NCBI GenBank assembly: GCA_965235115.1
Contig: OZ249436.1
Location: 8,558,001 to 8,622,000 of the forward strand
Origin: Laetmonice hystrix
Taxonomy: Eukaryota
Length of the DNA stretch: 64,000 bases
Direction of reading: 5' to 3'
The notes below the pieces were generated by a model, which saw only the letters and a program-made list of their open reading frames with translations, ran no database searches and had not been told where the DNA came from. Each line of letters starts with the position of its first letter. Position 1 is the stretch's first letter. Made by a program: the position numbers and the translations under genes. Shown piece by piece: positions 38,776 through 52,800 of the stretch.

Positions 38776-39520
38776 GTCGCTATGGCTACATGACGCCATT
38801 TTGAAAGCACGCCTAGGATATCGATGGTCAAGTTGAGGTAACGTTTAGGTTCGTGCAAACAGAAATAGACGTGGGTGTACTGTAGAGTCTACGTTTAGTG
38901 AAAACGAGAAAGAAGTCAGAGTAGGCAAGTCTGGGTCCCTAGGCTATAGTCTACGTTAGACCTAAGTCGCTGCCACAGGGATGAAACTGACGAAGGGGCG
39001 CGAGAGCAGATGCTGTCGGCACTCGCAGCAGGTGTTGTGGGCCTACGACTGCGGACGAAGTTCGGTAGGGTCGTAGACTGGAGCGGCAGGCTACTTTTTA
39101 CCGTTGATCTGTGGAGGTGGCAGTGGCAGTGGTCTACTTCCCCAACTGTGGTCTCGTCTAATCGGCATATCTCGACTAAAATCACAATCTGGAAATGCCA
39201 TCGGCATCGCCATCGGTGTAATCGTGGGAGAGGAATCGGAGATCTTGACATCCAGGTGTAGGCCTACCACTATCATCTCTGTCCTGGAGGAAACCGGACG
39301 TGCTTACGAACGGCATTTAAACATCCGAAAATAATATTGACTGAGATTGTGAGAAGCCTACCCGTTTGTAAACGTAGGCCTAGATCTAGGTCTAGACTAG
39401 ATCACTAAGTGCTAATGTGGTTTTAGTCCCGGCGACTCCTTGCTGACGTAACATTCAACCCCGCCCCTTCCTTCTGTGGCGTCTGAGTGCAACTGCAAGT
39501 GTGACGTCACTGACGTAGTG
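38776..39520 (+). promoter_or_regulatory. Putative promoter of the FBXW10-like gene
   Basis: RFX X-box-like GTCGCTATGGCTAC (38776-38789), YY1-like GCCATTTT, donor GAG|GTAACG (~38837), GC box (~39458) and a full CRE TGACGTCA (39502-39509); CpG-rich. Confidence 0.4.
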
Positions 39521-39669
39521 ACGGCCACATGTAATGAATGACCGGGAAGGGCTCACTTTGGGCTTAGACGGGATTTTAACAAACATATAAAACGACGTTA
39601 GTAAACTTGCGTTATACTTCTAGATCTACAGATTAAATTACTTAATTAACCAACCATTCCGTAATCAAA

Positions 39670-42600
39670 ATGAAGCACCCGAACCCCGCATCAGAAACTT
39701 GGGAATTTAATCTTGGAAAAGCACCACAACTCAGGTGTGTTAATCAGAAAACTACGACATGTGGAACGTGTGAATCATGTGAACTTCTTAAGACATTACG
39801 TCCAGTGAAAGCTTGGTTTTCAAGGGCCGGAGACCAGTCTCGAAAACGCTTTGCTCTCGGCCTGGTGCGGCGATTTCACAGTGTAGATTTGCTCCAATAT
39901 TTTGTAAATCTCTTAAATCCGCTGCTGTGTAAAGATTTCACTTATGCCCGAACAAGAACTACTCCAAGTTTACACACGGATAGATGTACGATGAGTGCAG
40001 ATCGGGCCTTGAGCGCAGTGGATCTCGAGAGGGAAATTACTCAGACGTGGTATTGGTTTCAATCAGCAAATTACTGGACCAAATCTAACTTCTTTCTCAG
40101 TTTCATGCGGGAGTGTGAAGCTCATCTATTGAACCTCATCGGGATTCAAGCGAGGACTCTACTCACGAGTGAGAAGAAGGCGTTTGTACCTGGATCCCAC
40201 GGTATGTATTATACAAACCAATTTGTAAATGTCATAAATTCGCCTCGATATCTGCCAAATAATTAAGACTATTAAACCTTTGTAGGAGAAATTACAATAT
40301 GTTTCGTTAAATCCTAGGCCCTAAGGAACCCCTAGTTCGCTGTATCCTCAAGCCTGGAAGGCTAACCTTATCAAAAGGAGTAGGCCTATGTTCGCGTATT
40401 TACTATTATTATCCTGTAAACTGTCTACTTATCTAATGGTATGATTAATAGACATCGATTCTGTATTTGAGGTGTATTAATGATCAATGATCAGAAAGCC
40501 ATACGGTCTAATCGGTGTAAAGTTCACGTAAAGTAATCATGCTCATCCGTATCTACTTATAGAATGGAATCAGCCCATGCTTTTAATCAGGTCACAAGAT
40601 GAAGAGAAATCTTAAACGGGTTACCCACATGCATGTGCCCATATTTCAGAGTAGAAAGATACTGCATGCAGACATATACAGTCTGGCCTCTTTATTTATT
40701 ATGATTATAAACTCAGAGCAACTTCACTGCGTTAGAACATCTCGAAATTCTTGCCGTTAAGAAGTATCATAAACTAAACCTTACACGGACACTTATGTGA
40801 AGTGGGTTAAAAAAATGGGGACCCGAGTGGAGACTCCTTCACAGCTGAGCACATGCTGCAGGGGACTAGAAGATAAATATCTTTGTATCCCAACAACATA
40901 ACGATGAGATATATCAAGGTAGCGAATGACAATGTCATTTTTATTATGATAGGTACTTGTGACTTGGTGAACGGTAGCAGCATTGTATTTAAGACTTAAT
41001 TTGCTGTTATTGATATAAGACTAGAACTTTAGAACTTTATTCTGTATAGTAAAAACTGTAAATGTTGTTTTTTATGATTTCGGCACTGATACTATTGCAG
41101 AAGACTACGAAACGGACTCCATAGCATCAACTCGTTACTCGCATTCAACGCGCGATCACCCCGAGCTAGACCTTTTGGTCGCAACCCGCCCTGAATATTC
41201 AACAATCCAAGAGAGTCCGTTATACAGCAGTGATAGCGATTCTCCTAGTGAGAACCAAAGGCTAGGTTCCGGGTCGAACCTTAGGTGTGGTAAGGACTCG
41301 GTTTCTGTAGCTGATCGGTCTGAGGTCGTCAGTGATGAAAGTGGAGATGAAGGGTTCGGTGACGAGGACTCCCAGCTCAGCTCGGTCGACCCGACATGTA
41401 TGGTCATCTCCACCTCGGTCAAAGCTCACTCTGGAGTGTCGAAACATAAGGACTTCATCCGCTGGTTGCCAGTTCATCTGTCCAAATATATCCTGGGAAT
41501 GCTCGATCAAGTTTCTCTCTTTAACTGCGTCTGTGTGTCAAGGACGTGGCGGACTTTGGTGGAGGAAGTACATCGGGAATACTTCGTTCAGCAACATCTC
41601 TGGGAAGATGTTATGCTCATGCAGGTATTGTCTTTCAAATCAAACTTACGAACAAAGGTGTACGAATATGTTGGAGGAAATCATTTCGGATATACACTAA
41701 GCGTATTGGTTGGGGGTTTAAGTACGGCAATCATAGGCGCTTCCATCAAAATATACAATCTTGGACAACTTACCGCATGAATTTGTCAAATGTGCCACAA
41801 TTTGAAAACCTACATAATATTCGTTCCTTTTTTGTTCTTTATAATATTTTAAAATGTGTTTGCCATGTTTGTGAAGGGATCTGCAGCCCAGGGGTGCAAC
41901 CCAGTCTATGCCAAAGACATCGACGTTGCCGTGCCCAACCTTGAGCCCAACAGTTTCCATGTCATCCGTACGGAGGGGGATGTCATTGAGACGACCTTCA
42001 AGAGTGAGGTGAATCTAACGACGGCATACGGTGGCTACTCGACTCGTAACATCATTATGGAGGAGAGAAACGTCTACTGTGGAGCATACAACGTCATGGT
42101 GCTGATTGACGGGTAAGGAATGTCCGCCTCGACTATCCTATATGGCCTTTGTTAAAGCAAACATCGACTAAATTTCATTGGCTATTCAAGCCACTGCCAG
42201 GTCAACTATTTTGTCAACAACCAGTGGTAAAACGATCGCTTTAAATCTGTTTATGAGTATTTCAGTCAAATCATAATAGTAAAATATGTTTCTACATGTC
42301 TGAATAAATACAGGTTAGATGATTTCACTAAAATGGCAATTTCTCATCAGACAAAAATAAATGTATAAATTCTTGTGATGTATACTGGCACTCAGTATTA
42401 AAAAGTTGTCCTCTCATATCAGGTTCAATGCTAACACCCATCTGTAAGTACGTATAGATGTGCTAGTTTCTGTACAGTAAAACTCCGGCTATAGTAGGGG
42501 GTAGGTTCTGTCTTTGTATCATATTATTCACTGCCGTTGTAGTCCTCATGGAAGGATAGCTTCCAAGTAGAGAGTGTTTTTGTAATATTTATCCGCTGTA

Positions 42601-45600
42601 TAGCAATCCGTGTAGCAGGTTCTAGTATTGGCCTCATTAACTACATAGATACTGATCAAAATAAATCGGGGTTAGACAGGTCTTGACACGTGTCTGGCGG
42701 CTTATATCTTGTGTCGTAAACACCGTCTTTACCATTGAGATTAGTATACACACTGGAGATTTTAACCGTTAATCCCGCCTTGGTAGATTCTACACGATGC
42801 ATGGGGCACGTCTAATACCGCCCCCGTAGGGCCAGCTGCCAGGAAAGTTACATTCTAATGGGAATAACAGCTGGGTGGTGGCATTAATGCTATAAGTATA
42901 AGTAGGCATTGATTGGTGTCAGTTTTTATGTACAGTGCTCAAGCCGCCCGTCAGTTGTTGCCTTGTAAAGTACTGTTTTACATGTTGTGAGCCCCTCATT
43001 TGTCATTCAGTATTATTCGTCGGAATTAGGCTGGACGAACAAGAACTCTTTAGCCCCTAAATTTTTATAAAACTGTATGAAAGGTCAAAACTTGCAGGAT
43101 TAGGTTAATCATCAAAAGAAGACGCCAGAAAACGAAGTCCTATTAATAACGTAGTCGATACCCATTTCTTTTGATACATGGCGGACCTATAGCTAACTGT
43201 TTGGTGTTTGCTGCTGTTGTTCCAGCGCTGATTCCAGTCGTGTGATGCACACTGACGGTGGCACACTAATTGCTCTGGGATCCCAGGACCGAAAAGTTCG
43301 TTTCATCAACAACCAGACCGGCAAGGAAACTGGTCCCGTCATCTCCGGTCACGCCGGTTCTGTCCGCTGTGTGGCGCTCAATGAACGCAAGGGCTACGTC
43401 CTCAGTGGAAGCTATGACACTAGTATCAGGTGATTTACTAGTAGTCAAACTTAGGGGCGAAATGCCATTTGTGAGATTAATATTATTAAATATTTAAATG
43501 AAATAAAATAAAAAGGACTTGAGAGAACTTTGTTTTATTGGTACAGATGCTGGTCGTTGGAGACAGGCAAATGTCTGAAGATATTCCGCGGTCACAGGGA
43601 CACGATCATGTGTCTTGAAATCTTTGGAGATAAGTTTGCATCGGGGTCGAAGGACCACATGTGTAAAGGTGAGTGAAGGAATCGGACAAGCTGCACATCG
43701 ATATGTTTGTCTAATTGTGAATGTACTACGTTAACCTGATGATACGAACTGAGTAGGCTAGGTTCTGGTCGATCACAGCGATCACAGCGGGCAAGCTACA
43801 TCAATATGTTTGTCTAATTGTAAATGTACGTTAACCTGATGATACGAACTGAGTAGGCTAGGTTCTGGGCGATCACAGCGATCACAGCGGGCAAGCTGCA
43901 TCAATATGTTTGTCTAATTGTGAATGTACTACGTTAACCTGATGATACGAACTGAGTAGGCTAGGTTCTGGTCGATCACAGCCTTGATCGAGCAGATTGG
44001 GGTATAGAACGCAGGCCCGTGACCGTAGCCAGGGTAGTATCGGGGTATCAGACACTACCCCCCACTGAGGCACATGAGTTCTGGCCTGGTATGAAATCGC
44101 CCGTAGGCTAAGCTAAAGCCTAAGCTGAGTAGGCTAGTATAGTCTTGGGTAAAGTAATCAATGAGTTCCGCTTGCCATATTTAAGATACCCCGGCAAAAA
44201 GTTCTAGCATCCTGGAATGTATGGTACCCAAGTGTACACTGTGTTTGTGAAAGGGGCCTCTGAGTGAGAGCGGGACGTGCACCTAGCAACGCCCCATGGA
44301 GCGGATCCTGGGGTGAAGTATACTAACGTGCCCTTGCAGGCGGGTGGGTGACTTTTTAATGTTTTCCTTGGAACAGTTTGGACAGCGGCGACTGGACAGT
44401 GCGTACGAACGTTCAAACACCGGCAGGCGGTGCTGGCCGTGGCCCTGTCCGACCACCTCTGTATCAGTGGCTGTGAGGGCAGTAAGGTCAAGGTATGGGA
44501 CATGACGACGGGCCATCTCATTAAGGTCAGTATCTGGAGTGATCAACAGAATACTGTAGAGATCGATTAACTCCAACATAATCAAATATTGAACAATTTA
44601 AAAAAAAAAAGAGTAAAAAATATATACCAGTATATTGTGCCCATTCTGCCTTAACCCACCAAACTTATATTCCTTTCTGACCTGTTTCAGAAGCTGACTG
44701 GTCACCACGGACCAGTGACGGGCATCAGGTTTGATCGCTGGCACATTGTGACGGGCAGCAAGGATGGTTACGCCCTCGCCTGGAGTTCCCAAGGCGACCA
44801 CCGCCGCTGTCTTGCTGCACTCAGACATCCTAAGTACGTCATTTAGCGCCAAGTCAATGGTCTTCAATCCACTGGGATACTGATTCCTACCTTGTACTAA
44901 CAATCTGATACAACACTCTCTTACCACACGCTGCAAGGATTTATGAAAATCCCTACAATTAACGCTTTCAATGAACTTGGAAGAAAACTAACTAAAGGTT
45001 CCAAATTTTATCATAATTCCTATAGCCAGGTTAGTGAAGTTTTGGTATTGATAACAAAACACGTTCCTGAGTTGTGTTTTTGTTTGGTTGAAGGGAGGTG
45101 CTGTGCCTTGAGTTTATGTACTTGAGGATCGTGACGGGTTGCGCGGACGGAAAGCTGAGGATATGGAACATGATAACCGGCGATTGTTTGCGTATTATGA
45201 GGGGAAACAGTCGGAGTGATCCTATCACCTCCCTCATCGCCATCAACAACAGGTAAACATTCTGACCGTAAACCTTCCACCATCCTCAAATCAACCCACA
45301 CACATGAACCCGAATATAACATTAACAAGAAAACGATATCTGATCCAGACTTTTATTATACTTTCACAGAGTAACCCTGAACACAGCAAACAATCTTCTC
45401 GTACTCAACTTTGAAGCCATTGATTACGACTACACGCTGGGCGACGATAAAATGCCACCCCTTGTCCAATATAGCAAGTACTCAGACGCCCCAATCCGTC
45501 AACACCCTTATTCCTACGTCCGTGCACAGCGCATGGCCAAGGCTGGGGCCAGCAACACCAAGATCATATACCACGGCGGCCGCCACCCTGAGACCACCTA

Positions 45601-47122
45601 CTACGGGACTGTGAAGAATCCTGAACAGGTACCTCACAGTGCGAAGACACTGAGCCGTAAGAGTTTGGACAGAGCACGGCGGATTCAGAGCGGAGTGACA
45701 AGATCGGACTCGGCGTACGAGTCCCAGGACGCTGGCGACCACAGCCGGAGGAGACAGCCGATCCCAGACGACGACCGCACATCGCGAGCCAAGTCGGCGA
45801 CAGTCGGCGGCGGGCAGAGCGTCAGGTCGGTCAGTCTGAAGGCGGGGAGGCCACCGGCCGGTCCCAGCAGGCCCACGACAGCCAAGTCGAGGGCCACCTC
45901 GGTGAGGTCGGGTACCCAGACCATGTACTCGGTGGGTGGCTTCCAGCTGGGGCGCGGCGACGAGGACAGTGAAATAGTTGAGGAGGACGAGGTGGAGTTG
46001 AGGCGGCGGGTATCGTGGGCGTTTGAACAACCAGCAATCCCGAAAACCAAAGAACTCGGTCTGTCTGAGACGAAAGCATTGCTGCGGTCCCAGATCCGAG
46101 CCCGTGGAGATGTGGTTCCACCAGACTTCATATACCTGAGCGTGAATGCCATACAGGCCTCCATGAAAGCCACAGAGGCGACCAAAAACATGGGCGGCAA
46201 CAGGCGGGATGAGCATCTCCATCAGAGGCGGCGGGTCGGTAGGCCGTCCTCCTCACCTAGCAGAATCGACCCGCGATGTCGGGTGCCAGTTGAAGAGATG
46301 GGGTACGACCAGTTGCTGATTGAGCAGGGGCAGACAGCCCCAGGTCGAGGGGACATGCAGTCGTTAGCCGAGTCCAAGATCTCGCGGCTTACCCAGAGTA
46401 CCAAGAGTAAGCGAGTGGCTGAGACGGGCCCTCTTGTACAGACCAAGGCGGCCTACGTTCGGGATTTTAATGTCACACATCTATCCCCAACCAACAAGAA
46501 CTTCACAAGTATTCATTCCCGAAATATACAATCTTCCATCCCCAAAGGAAAGGTCTTGCGGCCCCACACTGCATCTGATGTCCCGACCTCCGGCATGATG
46601 GCCGCCGATGACTTGCAACACGAGAATCCCTTTCAACCGCGGTCAAAAAGTGCAGGGTTTACGGCACAGGCAGGCGTGACTGCGAACTCGGTGATGTCCT
46701 CGGCTGTTCCCATCCCTTCACCCCGCAAAAAATATCACCACTTCTCAACTTCAGCAACTGAGATCAGCATGGTCCCAATGCTTATGTATCCAAAAGATCT
46801 TAATGAAAACATGGAGAATATGAAAACTCAGCGTCAGGAAAGGGTTGGACAGGGGCAGCAGTTCAAAGAAGAGCCGCCAGTGGGCGCAGTGAGCGACTAC
46901 AATAATCCACTCCGAACCCATGTCGAATTTAGACTTCAGACTAACGACAACGTTCAACAACAGGTGGATTCATTAGCCCGGAATCAGGAGGAACAGCAGC
47001 GCAAACTCATGTTGGACCTGGACAAAAAACGGAGAATCGCCTGGCTCTCCAAAGTCAGAAATCAGATGCAGAGGGAGAAACAAACTGAAAGAGCAAAACC
47101 TGTCAAGAAGGTCGCTTCGTAA
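39670..47122 (+). CDS. FBXW10: F-box/WD-repeat protein 10 / CDRT1-like, ~1273 aa
   Basis: Exons 39670-40201, 41101-41624, 41877-42112, 43226-43429, 43547-43668, 44377-44525, 44691-44833, 45094-45252 and 45370-47122 join in frame. N-terminal CGTCESC; F-box KDFIRWLPVHLSKYILGMLD; MEERNVYCGAYNV; WD40 repeats (GHAGSVRC..LSGSYDTSIRCW). Confidence 0.88.
43685..43983. repeat. ~92-96-bp tandem repeat, 3 copies, in intron 5 of the FBXW10-like gene
   Basis: Unit ..caagctgcatcaatatgtttgtctaattgtgaatgtactacgttaacctgatgatacgaactgagtaggctaggttctggtcgatcacagc.. Confidence 0.92.
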
Positions 47123-47624
47123 TCCATCCGGAAATTTTACTTTTAGGTAGCAGGATGGTGCGAGAAGTATTTATGGTTGAGATATTGGTCTAAATTATAT
47201 GTTAGGTATCTTGCTGTTGGCTAATTACTAGGGCCTTTTGACCTAATTTCTCGTTTGTACTCGGTAGCCAATTATTATGTGTGTACGGTGCTGTCTTTTT
47301 TGAAGGGGGGGGGGGGGGTAGGTTCATGTGTAAATGTCGCTTGAAGTTTTGATTCTCAAATGTGCCAAATGAAAATCTAACTATACGTAAATTAGTTGTA
47401 TGAGCGTCGATATTTTCCAGGAATAGTAATAATAGACATTATAATAACACTGTCGCCAACTGTGGGAACAAGTCAATGAAACAAAACAAAAAGGCTACGG
47501 AAGACGATGATGTAGAAAAAACGCTGCATACCGGAATAAATGCCAAAAGAACGAATGTATTCGTTTAATCTATATCTATCCGATACTTTGTGTGATACTA
47601 GCCGGAATCAAGGGCCACATATTA

Positions 47625-47916
47625 GAGAGGTTAAGATCCGCCCCGAGATCGAGACCGAGAACGAGGGGACGTCGGACGCCGTTCGTTGCGCAAGTTTTCT
47701 GGTTAAGAAATTCGGCTAGTTTGCTTGAGTAACGCTGAAACACAGCTGTGTGTGGAGCTGCGGGCAAAGTCGATTCGTTGGTTTGTTTCACGCTGTTTTA
47801 TATCAAAACCTTGCGTAAACAATTCCAGCCGCGGTGGAAGACCTCTGGGATTGATGACGTGGTCAACAAAAAGGGAATCACCTCGGTCTCGATCTCGGAG
47901 CGGATCTTTACCTGTC
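47625..47916. mobile_element. MITE with ~35-bp TIRs and GA...TC termini
   Basis: TA|GAGAGGTTAAGATCCGCCCCGAGATCGAGACCGAG ... CTCGGTCTCGATCTCGGAGCGGATCTTTACCTGTC. Confidence 0.75.
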
Positions 47917-48532
47917 TGTTATCCTTTTCCCCCTACACGACACCGCCCAGCAAGAAACACGTGGACATAAACTTCCACCAGAGGTCGCTTTTGCTGGAAC
48001 AACCTCTTCGGGTTGTGTATTGTGGGATAGCCCGGGACTAGTGTCAGAGTCAAATGGACACCTGCGAGCAGTTAACTACTACGCACAAAATAATTATAGT
48101 CAAACAATACTTATATTATCAGGGGTTCCTTATCACTTCATTTCATTTTTCTTAAAGATTTAAATGTATCTAATTTGAGTTGAAACAGTTCAAATGCAAA
48201 CTATTTTGCTGGACTATTTTTTTACCTCTTCACTGCATTTCTATCTCTTCGGTACGCCCTTTCGCCTGCGTATGCAGATACAATTGCACCAGTGCATTGT
48301 TGGAAGTCGATTTGACTGTCCACAACCCCTAACCAGCAGGGTCGTAGTCTCCAGAGTACGGGCATGCGCAGTTTGGTGGACATAATATTAATAGGGAGTG
48401 AAAGTGAAAGTAGGATTTTGCCAGTTCCAGGGAATACGCCGCTTGGCGACAATGTTTAAAGCAATTGACCAAACCTTACGACATCCCCCACCAATCCTAC
48501 TGCAATTAATAAAATTTTATTGATAAGTCTAA

Positions 48533-49149
48533 TGGACGTGATCCACTTGCGTTGCGATGCTTCCGATTCCTCCCTTGCGCGGTCTTACAAGTTCTTCCGA
48601 GGAAAAAAAATCCAAATCGGGAATACACGCAAGCATTTTAAGCGAATCACGCATTACGAGAGTTCACGAGTGTTCCGAGGGCTTCCGACGTCTTACGAGT
48701 GCCAGAGCGCTCTCGGTACCTCCTTACAAGCAGATCAAAAATGTTAGATATTATCGGAAGAGCGCATATAGTGCGCGTGGCCTCGCGTATAAGATATCGG
48801 AAGATGCATAAAGAGTTCGTAAGCACTCGTAAGAGCGCGGCAGGTCTAAGGCGAACCCAAAAACTTCTTCCATTTCTTGTTCCTCACCTTCGGCCAAAAA
48901 GGCGAAGGTGAGGGCAATTAGTGCGACCTCCTCGGGCTCCATTTTGATGTCCTCTGACAATCGGAAGAGCTCTTAAGACCCTACAAGTGGATTATGCTTT
49001 TCGATTTTCTTACGAGTGCTTACGCGGGTTACGCAAGCCTACGATTCCTTACGCGGCCGTACGAGCACTTTTACGTACTTCCGAAGCTTCCGAGAGAGAA
49101 AAAATCGTAGACGCGCGGAAGCCATCGCAACGCAAGCAGATCACGTCCA
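48533..49149. mobile_element. PIF/Harbinger non-autonomous element with TAA TSD
   Basis: TAA|TGGACGTGATCCACTTGCGTTGCGATG ... CATCGCAACGCAAGCAGATCACGTCCA|TAA. Confidence 0.85.
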
Positions 49150-49862
49150 TAAATCTAGCCTAAAATATTTTTAACTCACATGGCGCGATTCTCCTATGTT
49201 TCCAACTGTGCGCCACTCCCCGGAAGTGGCTCGGTTCCACCTTTAGTATCGTCCCACAGGACGCCGTCACTTGCGTTGCACTCCCTATTCTGACAAAACT
49301 TGCCAAAAAGTCCCGTTTTTGTGGATCGATAGACCCCGACAATGGAGTAGGGGCGGATCTAGGATTTGTCCTGCACTATTTGGATCAGAGGAATATTTGC
49401 GATGTGAAGAATATAAACGCAGATAAATGTACACCAATATTGAATGCAACGTAGGGTTTCCTATTGTATGTAACGTAGGGTTTCCTATTGTATGTAGTCT
49501 ATCGATGAAGGGGTAGGCCTATTACTACTACATATTAGTACATTGTAGGATTGCATCTAGAATGTGAATCCCGATGCCTCCGTGCTAAAGACTCCCACAC
49601 ATTGTCCAGATCTAAAACAAAAAACTATTTCAGGCATAATGGACGTTTATTATAGCACTTTTGTAGTTATCCAACTGTACGGATAACGACACATTTACTG
49701 TCGTTCTAATATGACAGTCGCTCGTCGATGGTGTTGCAATCACGATGAATGAATGTAAATTGACTGAATTACACAATTTTGGTCCTTGATATATCAACAC
49801 CAATCAACATGTTCAAGCTTAACAATTTTTCTCTTTTTTTGCACGATTTCTCTCATGTTCTC

Positions 49863-52800
49863 CTATTCTTTGGCTGCATCTGCTTTCATCTGTGCCAAGA
49901 AGGCCTTGAGCTTCTCATAGCCAGCGTTTGCGGCTCCATAGAACTCTTGACCCTTGATTCTGTTGATCCAGCCGACCAGGTTTGGGAAGCGCTTTTCGTC
50001 GATCTGGTAACCAACCACCTCGACCAAGGTGACTGAAGCCACGAGGAAGAGGTCGGCAAGGGTGAGGTCGTCACCCACAGCATACTTGGTCTTGGCGAAC
50101 GTGTCGTCGTTCAGCCGCTGCAGCATAGCCTCCATCTCAGTCGGTTCCACGTCCTTCTTGCCTTCCAGCGCTATTGGGTACTGTTAGGAGATAAGTACAA
50201 AAGGTATAATGTTTGAAACAATTTGAATTGCTTCCCAGCATTTTTGTAACCGATCTGCCTCAAGACTGTCTTTCGCAGTCGTAAAATACATACAGCATTT
50301 TAAGATACGTCTAGTGGGTATCTCTACCCTGGTTCCGCCTACCGTACCGACAAATTAATCCGTAGTATTATGGTTTACATAGACAATTAGTTCATATGAT
50401 TATATATTCTACGTAGATTTCAATATGGTTATTCGGACAATGAGCCGGCTGAAAACACCAGGCCACCCTGGGTGAAACAGACGGGTGACGCTAGGTGTGC
50501 TATTAATTGTTAGTAGGGAGAACAGGTGTAAACAGTCCACAGACATTGTCGGGGTTAGCTAAATGATTGCACCATACACTAGTTGAAGTAACCAACTGAA
50601 GCCGGCCCAGACACATTTTCAAGAGTGAGCGGAATAGACATGTAGACTAAACCATCCACCACTTGCAGTAACTATGTGAAAGGCTAGTAGCCAAATCAAT
50701 CGGGACCCATCACACCAGACAACCAACAGGTATCCTGGCATTTGGACTCCAGTGGGGGACTTGAAAGGTGGAAACAAAATGGCCACCCTTTTAAGTCTGA
50801 GCTTTGATATGAACACTAAAAACAAGTGTCCAAGCACCAAGCTCGGGTGGCTGACTAAGTTTGACCGAGGACGGACGGTAAAGAGACGCCTGGTTGGCTG
50901 GTCGAATGCAATGACAAGAGTGTGACAAGTGGATGTATGTAAGCGGCCGGCACCCCGCTTCCTTCCCCTGCCCTTGGATCTCCTACACCCTCGCCGACCG
51001 GGGCCTCTTACCTGGGCCACCACACACGTCTCCCCTCCCGACCAATCACAGGTCAGCCGACCGGACTGCCCTGGTGGCGCATTTCGGTGGCGTCAATGAG
51101 AGTCATTGCCCCCTAGCAAGATAACAATTTAAAGATAACAGCACCATGTTTCGAGAACAGGGGACAGCAATAGTTTAGGACCGAGACGAGTACTTGACCT
51201 GTTATACGGCATTAACATCCAAGCCCGACAACCACGAAAAACCTAATTGCTTGTTCTGTGTCGTCGATTTGCTACTTACCACATATGCCGGCCCGATTGC
51301 CTTGTAGACCGTACAGATATCAAAGTACAGCATTCGTTCAATCATGGCCCGCTGCTGGAGGTCCGTTGGGAAGAGAGAGTGTCCTGGGGCGTACTTATCT
51401 ATGAGATAAATCGCTATTGGACGGCTGCAAACAAAAATTGCTATTTGGATTTGGGTTTACACCTTCACAACTTACACCTTCACAACTTACACCTTCACAA
51501 CAGCCAGGGTCACATCAAGACAGTCAGTTTTACTTGGGGAGGAAACCGGAATGTCCCGGGAAAAACCATTGACCTTACCAGATTAACTATAGGCTCGAGA
51601 GGGATTTGAACCTAGCTTATATTGCGTGAAAAACGTAAGAAATAGCTTGGAGATTAACTGCCTAAACCTGGGTGCATGATAACCAAAATGCAACACTGCA
51701 GTTATTATAGCCTGCCATGTACGGACCTTAGATCGTTTTGATGACTGCATAAAGCCTTCGTTAGACCTTCAGATGTAATGTTTTAGACAAATAACCGATC
51801 AAGATGTGCTTACCTCTCCCAAAGATTAAAATCACCATCGACAATCGTCGGCACTGTATGAGTTGGATTGATCTGCGAATAACAAAATCGGTGTTATATA
51901 CGTGCTAAATTATTGGGATGGGCTGCATCTGTACTTCACTCAAGTATCTAGATAAGTGACTTCATATTAACCTCACTGCATGATAATACTTTTCTCATTA
52001 TCATTTATTTATAACATTTGAGTATCCTTCAGTAATCTTCAATCTTGTATCCCAGGAAGGGAGGAGGCATGGCGGCGCCCCCAAGAGAGCTCCCTCCTTA
52101 GAAATTCAGGAGACATTATTTCTTCATCACTCCATATCGAAGCGCCAAGCAGACTATCTATATGAACGAAAAGGAAAACAAAGGAGGTTCACCTCGTTTA
52201 ATGTGAACCTCCTTTGTTTTGATTTTCGTCCATTGCTGTCGCTCGACCGGAAACTACCAGACGTGCAAGGGATTCTGGGATACTGTAAATTACCGAATAT
52301 GCACACAACACCTAAAACAGGTGGTCAATCGACTGCACTAAATTTTCACTTGGCCGGATCAGAGAGCACACCACATATATCCGGCGGATTCCCGGCATAT
52401 GACTGTCGAATTTCTACACTTTCACTGTCCGAGTCAAAAGTTCCCGAAAGCAAAGTAAACCGGAAATGGCTCGGTCGTTCCGATTGTGGGGGCACGTGCC
52501 GCTCCCCGGCAAAATTGTTCGCGAACAATTGTTCCTCGGTAATCGACATGTTAAATATTTCCGAACATTAATGTTCGTCGTCTGAGGGGTGGGGGCTTTA
52601 GTCTTCTGGGGGCTGTAACTGTAAGGGGGGGGGGGGGGTGCTTTAGGGGGAGTGTCTTGAAACTAGCCCGAAAACACGCTAGAGTATTTTCGGGTTAGCC
52701 TCAATACATGGGGAGTGCTTTGAGGCTGTCCTCGGGGAGGGTTTTAGGACTCTGAAATCGGCAGCGGCGCTCTAGAATCTGCTGACAGCTAGTAGCCTAC

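Noticed and set aside
43730..43975. Hammerhead ribozyme or retrozyme in the ~95-bp repeat (CTGATGA..CGAA)
   Set aside because: GAAC replaces the required GAAA, there is no stem II, and stem I does not pair convincingly.
45482..46446. Long antisense ORFs over the FBXW10-like last exon
   Set aside because: Expected shadows of GC-rich coding sequence.
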